This document shows, piece after piece, positions 28,170 through 34,369 of a stretch of DNA of 34,369 nucleotides. The position numbers and the translations under genes were made by a program. Origin of the DNA: Acidobacteriota bacterium (GTDB taxonomy: Bacteria > Acidobacteriota > Vicinamibacteria > Vicinamibacterales > SCN-69-37). Every line of letters starts with the position of its first letter. Within the stretch, counting starts at the first letter, position 1. Below the pieces are notes generated by a model. The model worked only from the letters and a program-made list of their open reading frames with translations. It was not told where the DNA came from and made no database searches. Location: NCBI GenBank assembly GCA_021824055.1, contig JAKALV010000002.1, positions 1-34,369 on the forward strand, given 5' to 3'.

Positions 28170-29157
28170 ACTTCGACAGCTTCGCGCGCGGGTGCGCCTG
28201 GCGGTAGACGTCCATCAGGCGCCCCACGTCGAGATGCGTGTAGCGTTGCGTGGTCGTCAGCTGCGCGTGCCCCAGCAATTCCTGAATCGCGCGCAGATCG
28301 GCACCGGCCTGTAGCAGGTGCGTCGCAAATGTGTGCCGGAGGGCGTGCGGGCTGATGCCCGTCGTGATCGCCGCCGTCCGGACGTGCTGACGCACGATGC
28401 GGTCGATGCTGCGCGTGGTGAGCCGCGCACCGCGCAGACTGAGGAACAAGGGCGTCTTCTGCGGCCCGCGAGACGCAACCCTCTTCCCTTTTCCCTCTTC
28501 CCTGTACCTTTGCCCTTTGCCCTCTGCCCTCTGCCCTAACAAGGTTTGGAGGGCCGCCGCATCCCCCAGCATGGATCGAATGGCATCCGATGCGGAGTTA
28601 TTGAATGGCAGCAGCCGCTCCTTGCCGCCCTTGCCGCGCACGCGGATCATGCGGCCGGACAGGTTGATGTCCTCGAGGTCCGCCCCCGCCAATTCGCTGA
28701 GCCGAAGGCCCGACGCATAGAACAGCTCGAGAATCGCGCGATCGCGCCGGCCGGGCACGGTCGAGACGTCGGGCGCCGCGAGCAGCGCGTCGATCTCGGC
28801 GTGGCCCAGGTGCGCCGGCAGCGACTGCTCGCGCTTCGGCGCCCCGACCAGTTGCGTGGCATCGTCGGGCAGCACGCCTTCGCGCACGAGGTACTTCGCG
28901 AACGTGCGCAACGCCGACAACCGGCGCGCCGCTGACGCGCGGCTCAGTCCGCGCTTGTGCAGGTCGCCGAGAAAGTCACGAATGGCGATGGCATCGAGCC
29001 GCTCCGGCGCCACCTGACTGGGTTTGACGCCGTCGCGGGCGGCCACGAACTCCAGGAACTGGGTGACGTCGGCGTCGTAGGCGCGCACGGTATTGGGGGA
29101 CACGTTCCGGTTGAGCTTCAGGAACGCGACGAACGCGCGGCTGTGTTCCTTAAGCAT
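28168..29157 (-). CDS. xerC: Tyrosine site-specific recombinase XerC/XerD family, carrying a repeat-encoded internal insertion
   Basis: The N-terminal SAM-like domain reads 'FLKLNRNVSPNTVRAYDADVTQFLEF'. The catalytic region reads 'HALRHTFATHLLQAGADLRAIQELLGHAQLTTTQRYTH'. The ATG at 29157 overlaps the trmFO end. XerC rather than XerD is inferred only from the trmFO-xerC context. Confidence 0.85.
   Translation of the reverse strand: MLKEHSRAFVAFLKLNRNVSPNTVRAYDADVTQFLEFVAARDGVKPSQVAPERLDAIAIRDFLGDLHKRGLSRASAARRLSALRTFAKYLVREGVLPDDATQLVGAPKREQSLPAHLGHAEIDALLAAPDVSTVPGRRDRAILELFYASGLRLSELAGADLEDINLSGRMIRVRGKGGKERLLPFNNSASDAIRSMLGDAAALQTLLGQRAEGKGQRYREEGKGKRVASRGPQKTPLFLSLRGARLTTRSIDRIVRQHVRTAAITTGISPHALRHTFATHLLQAGADLRAIQELLGHAQLTTTQRYTHLDVGRLMDVYRQAHPRAKLSK
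28480..28537. repeat. 7-nt tandem repeat block inside xerC
   Basis: The minus strand reads GGCAGAG GGCAGAG GGCAAAG GGCAAAG GTACAGG GAAGAGG GAAAAGG GAAGAGG. This encodes 'GQRAEGKGQRYREEGKGKR'. Confidence 0.85.
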
Positions 29158-30478
29158 GTACCGATAGTACCGCGCGCCACGCGTCCAGATCGGCAAGCGC
29201 GCGCGCGCTCAGCGCGAGCTGCCGGTCGTGTTTCCCCTTGGGCGGCGCGTCCAGCGGCGGCATGATGCCGAACGTGATGTTCGACGGATCGTAGTGTGTC
29301 GGATCCGCATGGGACACGTAGTAACCGAGCGCCCCGATGGCGGTCGTCCTGGGCGGTGCCGCCGGCTCGAGCCCCAGCGCGAGCCGCGCCGCATTGATGC
29401 CCGCGATCAAGCCGGACGCCGACGATTCCACATAGCCTTCGACACCCGACACCTGGCCGCCGAAGAACAAGCTCGGCCGCGCGCGCGTCTGCCATGTGGC
29501 GTCGAGCACGGTCGGCCCGTTGATGTACGTGTTCCGGTGGATCATGCCGAAGCGCACGAAGTCGGCGTGCTCGAGACCGGGAATCAGCTTGAGCACGCGC
29601 GCCTGCTCCCCCCACTTCAGCTGCGTCTGAAATCCCACCAGGCTGTAGTGATCGCCGGCCAGGTTGTCCTGGCGCAGCTGCACAACCGCGTACGGCCAGC
29701 GGCCGGTCTTCGGATCGTCGAGACCCGCCGGCTTCATCGGCCCGAACCGCAGCGTGTCGACGCCGCGATGCGCCATGACCTCGATCGGCAGACACCCTTC
29801 GAAGAACTTCGTGTGGTCGAAGTCGTGCACGGTGGCTTTTTCCGCCGTGACGATCGCCTCGTGGAACCGCAGGTACTCGTCCCGGGTGAACGGGCAGTTC
29901 AGGTAGTCGCCGTCCGCGTTGTCGCCGCGATTCCAGCGGCTCGCGCGAAAGACCTTCGTCATGTCGATCGTCTCGGCGAGCACGATCGGGCTGATCGCGT
30001 CGAAGAACGCGAGATGCTGACCGCCGACAAACGCCGCGATCGACGCGGTGAGCGCCGATGACGTGAGCGGACCCGTGGCGATGATGACGGGCGCGTCATG
30101 GGTTGAAATCGGAATCTCAGGGACTTCACCGCGCTCGAGACGAATGCGCGGATGCCCCTCGATCGCCGCGGTCATCTCGTCCGCGAACTTCCCGCGATCC
30201 ACCGCCAACGCGGCCCCGGCCGGCACTTTCACGCGATCGGCCGTGCGCATCACCAGCGAGCCGAGCCGCCGCATCTCCTCTTTCAGGAGACCGACGGCGT
30301 TGTCGAGCTTGTCACCGCGGAAGGAATTGGAGCAGACCAGCTCGGCGAGCCGGTCCGTCTGGTGCACGGTGGTGGGCTGCACGGGACGCATCTCGTGGAG
30401 CGTCACCGACACGCCCATTTCAGCCGCCTGCCAGGCCGCCTCGCAGCCCGCGAGACCGCCGCCGACAATACGAATCAT
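29150..30478 (-). CDS. trmFO: Methylenetetrahydrofolate--tRNA-(uracil-5-)-methyltransferase TrmFO (Gid)
   Basis: The sequence 'MIRIVGGGLAGCEAAWQAAEMGVSVTLHEMRPV...TDRLAELVCSNSFRGD' matches the family. The ATG at 30478 is preferred. The 22 upstream codons of the track ORF look non-coding. Confidence 0.92.
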   Translation of the reverse strand: MIRIVGGGLAGCEAAWQAAEMGVSVTLHEMRPVQPTTVHQTDRLAELVCSNSFRGDKLDNAVGLLKEEMRRLGSLVMRTADRVKVPAGAALAVDRGKFADEMTAAIEGHPRIRLERGEVPEIPISTHDAPVIIATGPLTSSALTASIAAFVGGQHLAFFDAISPIVLAETIDMTKVFRASRWNRGDNADGDYLNCPFTRDEYLRFHEAIVTAEKATVHDFDHTKFFEGCLPIEVMAHRGVDTLRFGPMKPAGLDDPKTGRWPYAVVQLRQDNLAGDHYSLVGFQTQLKWGEQARVLKLIPGLEHADFVRFGMIHRNTYINGPTVLDATWQTRARPSLFFGGQVSGVEGYVESSASGLIAGINAARLALGLEPAAPPRTTAIGALGYYVSHADPTHYDPSNITFGIMPPLDAPPKGKHDRQLALSARALADLDAWRAVLSVHA

Positions 30479-30592
30479 GTGACTTGATGATAGTCGCGTT
30501 CGGGGGCTTGGTAAGAGAGTAAGAAGGCAACAGCTCTTGATCAAACACTATGACTGAGGGAGCGGACGACGATAGAATCACCCAAGACTTCC

Positions 30593-32416
30593 ATGAAGGC
30601 GAGCTCGTTTCCTGACGCGAAGAAGAACGGCATCCACTTCACGCCGCCGCTCCTCGCTGCCTTTTTGGCCGGACAAGCCATTCCCTTCTTGCCTGGACGG
30701 CGGACGATTCGCGTAATGGACCCGGCCTGCGGAGACGGCGAGCTGCTTGTGGCAGCGGTCGTGGCGCTACGCGACGCAGGCTTCGCCAACGTTAGCGTCA
30801 CGGGTTTCGAGACCGACCCGGCCGCCGTGGATAGAGCAGGTGGTCGCCTTCGAGAGATTTGTGCCAACGTCCAAGTGGAGGCGTGCGATTTTCTGGAGCT
30901 CACGGCGGAAAGGGCCGAGTCACCGCTGCTTCGAGAAGCATCGCCGAAAAATCAGACGTTTGATCTTGTGATTGCGAATCCGCCCTACGTTCGAACGCAG
31001 GTGTTGGGAGCAGCGCGCTCTCAGCAAATCTCGCGGCGATTTGACCTGGCTGGTCGCGCGGATCTCTATCAGGCATTCATGAAGGCGATCACGTTCCATC
31101 TGGCTCCAGACGGCGTGATGGCCCTTCTAACGTCGAACAGGTTCATGTTGACGCGATCTGGAACCGCGACGAGACGTCTGATCAGGGAGCAATTCGACAT
31201 ATTGCGCGTGATCGACCTCGGGGACACCAAACTCTTTGAGGCTGCCGTGCTCCCTGCGATCATGATCGCTCGCCCATCGTCAGCGGAAGCCCCCAACAAA
31301 GGTGGTCAGTTCCTCAGAATTTACGCGAGAGAGTGCGGCGAGACTGACAGGGTTGTTTCGCATACCTCGCTGTTTGACGCGCTCTCTTCGCCCGTCGCCG
31401 GGGCAATCCAGACTCTAACTGGAACCTACGAACTTGAGGTTGGGAGCCTGGCCACTCATGAGGACGACCGCAAACCTTGGTCCCTTGAGAGTCCAAACGG
31501 TAGGGACTGGCTCGATGCCGTCCGCCGAGCAACGGCAAAGACGTTCGGAGAAGTCGGCTCAATCAGAGTGGGAATAAAGACAACAGCAGATTCCGTCTTC
31601 ATTCGAAATGACTGGCACAGCTTGCCGGAGGCTGTCCGGCCAGAGGCAGAATTGCTCCGTCCGCTGGTGACGAGAGACTCGATCCAAGGCCTGTCAATCG
31701 GTGGAGGCTCGACAGGCACAACACGGGTCCTTTACACACATCGCGAGACCGCGACCGGAAAACGCGAAGCGATTGACCTAGAGACTTACCCGCGCGCTCG
31801 GGCTTATCTCGAATCGCATCGCCCCAGACTAGAAGGCAGGACCTACGTTCTGGAGGCAAAACGAGCTTGGTACGAAATCTGGGTCCCGCAGAGCCCGGGG
31901 GCATGGCGACTTCCGAAGCTCGTATTTCCTGACATTTCAGAAACGCCGCTATTTGCGGTGGATCGAAGTGGTGCCATCGTCAACGGCGATTGCTATTGGA
32001 TTCACTGCGCGCCTGGCATCCACGAGGATTGGCTTTGGTTGATGTTAGCGGTGTCCCGATCCAGCCTGATCCCCGTCTACTACGACGCCGTTTTTCACAA
32101 CAAGCTCTACTCAGGTAAGCGCAGGTTCATCACACAATACGTAAAGGAATTTCCTTTGCCCGCTGTCGCGAACGAGGCCTCTCGGGCGGCCATTCAGATG
32201 GTCAAGTCGCTCGCAGGGTCCGAAGATGGCACGTCAAATGGCGTGCTGGATGAAGAAGGGCAAGCTCAATTGGACGCTCTAGTTTGCCAGGCTTTTGGGC
32301 TACCTGAAGAGATCCTTCGGCAAGGGAATTTGTCGCTTCCGGTTTATAACCCGACCTTCGAAACGTCGAAAGAAATTGAAGAAGTCCTCGCCGGTCGCAA
32401 CAACAACGCTGTCTAG
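30593..32416 (+). CDS. Gamma-class N6-adenine DNA methyltransferase (Eco57I/TaqI-like MTase domain plus C-terminal target-recognition domain)
   Basis: Three motifs are present: 'GIHFTPPLLAAFL', motif I 'VMDPACGDGELLVAAV' and motif IV 'VIANPPYVRTQ'. G+C is visibly lower than the flanks. Confidence 0.85.
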   Translation: MKASSFPDAKKNGIHFTPPLLAAFLAGQAIPFLPGRRTIRVMDPACGDGELLVAAVVALRDAGFANVSVTGFETDPAAVDRAGGRLREICANVQVEACDFLELTAERAESPLLREASPKNQTFDLVIANPPYVRTQVLGAARSQQISRRFDLAGRADLYQAFMKAITFHLAPDGVMALLTSNRFMLTRSGTATRRLIREQFDILRVIDLGDTKLFEAAVLPAIMIARPSSAEAPNKGGQFLRIYARECGETDRVVSHTSLFDALSSPVAGAIQTLTGTYELEVGSLATHEDDRKPWSLESPNGRDWLDAVRRATAKTFGEVGSIRVGIKTTADSVFIRNDWHSLPEAVRPEAELLRPLVTRDSIQGLSIGGGSTGTTRVLYTHRETATGKREAIDLETYPRARAYLESHRPRLEGRTYVLEAKRAWYEIWVPQSPGAWRLPKLVFPDISETPLFAVDRSGAIVNGDCYWIHCAPGIHEDWLWLMLAVSRSSLIPVYYDAVFHNKLYSGKRRFITQYVKEFPLPAVANEASRAAIQMVKSLAGSEDGTSNGVLDEEGQAQLDALVCQAFGLPEEILRQGNLSLPVYNPTFETSKEIEEVLAGRNNNAV

Positions 32417-33305
32417 CACAACGTCGTCGCCGTCAAGGTGCGCGTAGAAGATGGCATAGCGAATATCACAATGGGAAACGTCGCAGCCCTCTTGGATTGC
32501 GTCCCGGCTGTCCGGAGAGATGAGTCCCAAGTCAATGGTCGGTGACGTCTGGAGCTTCAACTCCAACAACTGGTTCGGAACATCCGGAAATCGGCCCGTG
32601 TCCGTGTGCTCCTCCTCACCGAGCGCAAGCTCAACCAACTGATGCAGGAGGGCTCCACGCCCCCGCTCCTGATCCTTCCCGGGATTCGCGAACCTCTTTC
32701 CAACCAGCCGAGACAGATTGCCGAATATCTCTGTGACGTCGAACAGATGACACCACTTCTCAGTGGCTCGGAGAGCTTGCACGGTTGCGGTGTCGCTCGC
32801 CGACACCAACACGTTCGAAGCCATCGCATCGTGCCTCTTGGCCTGGAACTTCGAGGTCAAGGTACCGGTTCGGTCGAATGTCGCCAACAAGTGTCCCCGC
32901 ACTACACGAACATCCGTCACGCTGTTGTCGTCCGATAGGCGGATCAACGCATACCTCCGACTGCCGGTCAGTTCCTCATTCCAAACCTGGAGGTTCAGCG
33001 ACTTCTGAACGTAGACTGTCAAGATCTTGGCCAAGAAACCTCGGGCGACACCTCTTGAATGACGTCGGCACAGGGTAGCCAAGCGCCTCGCACACGTGAG
33101 ACTTCATCACCTTAGATCTTGTTCGCAATGGGAAGTCTAAGCTCTGCCCCATCAAGTGGTTGCGGATCAGCAACTCAACTTGCCGGTCAGTGAAATGCAG
33201 GTCCTCTTGACCAGCCAAGCTGTCGTAGATCGAAATTCCAGCCGCAGCGATCTTGGCAGCCGTTGCGAGGGCATTCCTCAGATCAACGTCGTCGGTCGGG
33301 TCCAT
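32300..33305 (-). pseudogene. MutH/Sau3AI-like PD-(D/E)XK restriction endonuclease gene split over two reading frames (frameshift around 33000-33080)
   Basis: The two overlapping minus-strand ORFs 32976..33374 and 32300..33082 read as one protein if 1 nt is removed near 33017. That gives '...SFKRCRPRFLGQDLD' joined to 'VYVQKSLNLQVWNEEL...'. The downstream part has 'GALLHQLVELALGEEEHTDTGRFPDVPNQLLELKLQT', matching the D-x6-E-x-K arrangement of MutH (QDFAALGVELKT). The likely start ATG at 33305 is 19 nt after the topA stop. Confidence 0.6.
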
Positions 33306-33324
33306 CCTCAGACCAGTTTCCGGA

Positions 33325-34369
33325 TCACGCCGTGACGACTTCTTCCACCAGCGGCGCGTCTCGCACGTAGTCACACGCCTCGTTCGCGCAGATCAGCTGG
33401 CGCCCGTGGCGCTTGGTGATCTTCTCGGTGAGAAACGGCCACTTGCACTTCGGGCAGTGCTCTTCGGGAATCGGCTTGTTCCACAACGTGAAGTCGCACT
33501 TCGGATAATTCACGCAGCCATAGAATTCCTTGCCCCGCCGCGACTTGCGCTCCGCCACGTCGCCGCCGTCCTTCGGGCACTTGATGCCGGTCAGCTTCTG
33601 CTTCACGTAGCGGCAGTCGGGATAGCCCGTGCAGGCCGTAAACTCGCCGAAACGGCCCTGCTTGATCACGAGGTTCTTGCCGCAGTTCGGGCATTTCTCA
33701 TCGAGGATCTGGTCCGGCTTCGCCGCGGCCACCCCGGATTTCGACGTGATGATCTTGCGCGTCGTCTTGCACTCAGGGTACCCGGTGCAGGCCAGGAACA
33801 TGCCGAAGCGGCCGCGCTTGACGGCCATCGGCTTGCCGCAGTTTTCGCAGGCCTCGTCGAGTTCGTCCGTGGACGGCGCCGCGGGCGTCTCGATTTCCCT
33901 GGTGTTGTCGCAATCCGGGTACCGGCTGCACGCCAGGAAGATGCCGAACTTGCCCGACTTCTCCACCATCTCGCCCGTCCCGCACTTGTCGCACGTGACG
34001 CCGGTGGGCTGCCCTTCCTTGAAGTTGGGCATCTCCTTCGCCGCGCGCTTCAGATCCTTCTGGAAACTCTTGTAGAAGGTCTTCAGCACGTCGGCGTACT
34101 CGGCCTTGCCATTTTCAATGTCGTCGAGCCGGTCTTCCATGCGCGCCGTGTACTCGATGTCGAGGATGTCGTCGAACACCGGCGACAGCAGCTTCTCGAC
34201 GAGGCGGCGGCCCAGGATCGTGGGCCAGAATCGCCCCTCGACCTTGTTCACGTAGTCGCGCGCCTGCAGGACGGCGATGATCGACGCATAGGTGCTCGGA
34301 CGGCCGATCCCGTCTTCCTCGAGCGCCTTGACCAGCGAGCCTTCGTTGTAGCGCGCGGGCGGCTGCGTG
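33325..34369 (-). CDS. topA: DNA topoisomerase I, C-terminal part (5' end lies outside the window)
   Basis: The frame stays open to the window edge, reading '...TQPPARYNEGSLVKALEEDGIGRPSTYASII...'. Four C4 zinc-ribbon repeats follow (CDKCG..C..C, CENCG.., CPNCG.., CPKDG..). Confidence 0.92.
   Translation of the reverse strand, partial: TQPPARYNEGSLVKALEEDGIGRPSTYASIIAVLQARDYVNKVEGRFWPTILGRRLVEKLLSPVFDDILDIEYTARMEDRLDDIENGKAEYADVLKTFYKSFQKDLKRAAKEMPNFKEGQPTGVTCDKCGTGEMVEKSGKFGIFLACSRYPDCDNTREIETPAAPSTDELDEACENCGKPMAVKRGRFGMFLACTGYPECKTTRKIITSKSGVAAAKPDQILDEKCPNCGKNLVIKQGRFGEFTACTGYPDCRYVKQKLTGIKCPKDGGDVAERKSRRGKEFYGCVNYPKCDFTLWNKPIPEEHCPKCKWPFLTEKITKRHGRQLICANEACDYVRDAPLVEEVVTA

Noticed and set aside
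30479-30544. 22-codon N-terminal extension of the trmFO ORF in the track
   Set aside because: TrmFO proteins begin right at the GxGxxG dinucleotide-binding motif (MIRIVGGGLAGCEAAW). The upstream codons (MIKSCCLLTLLPSPRTRLSSSH) look non-coding.
30550-30615. 21-codon ORF (MTEGADDDRITQDFHEGELVS) just upstream of and overlapping the methyltransferase start
   Set aside because: It is too short, has no RBS or conservation evidence available, and is out of frame with the methyltransferase.

Overview
High-GC bacterial chromosomal window from a diderm. An Acidobacteriota-like origin is only a guess from gene content. From 18269 down to 169 nearly everything is on the minus strand with tiny or overlapping gene junctions: hslV-hslU, an Fn3-like lipoprotein, an FAH-family hydrolase, transaldolase, an acyl-CoA carboxylase carboxyltransferase, [DNA methyltransferase + candidate restriction nuclease], biotin carboxylase, BCCP, tamB, bamA and a SurA-N-like chaperone. 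From 18.4 to 28.1 kb lies a regulatory and envelope block. It holds a PEGA-domain secreted protein with a small membrane protein, an ECF sigma/anti-sigma pair with two exported proteins, an HTH-receiver regulator, an ABC-F ATPase, and a PAS histidine kinase with a sigma54-dependent NtrC-type activator. The right end carries xerC-trmFO, a second lower-GC island (NPPY N6-adenine methyltransferase plus a frameshifted MutH/Sau3AI-like nuclease), and the 3' part of topA, which is cut by the window edge. Four things stand out. (1) Two restriction-modification cassettes, visibly lower in G+C, sit inside conserved housekeeping gene arrays with no mobility genes. One is embedded in and translationally coupled to the carboxylase operon. 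(2) Short 7-8 nt tandem repeats recur at four loci, forming long hairpins in intergenic DNA and carried in frame inside two genes (xerC and the SurA-like gene). (3) A perfect 27-bp inverted repeat lies between the kinase and the activator gene. (4) Two -24/-12 (sigma54-type) promoter matches may link the NtrC-type activator to the PEGA operon and to its own operon. No tRNA, rRNA, CRISPR array, transposase or phage gene was seen. All family calls come from motifs read by eye in the supplied translations. No database search or composition calculation was run.
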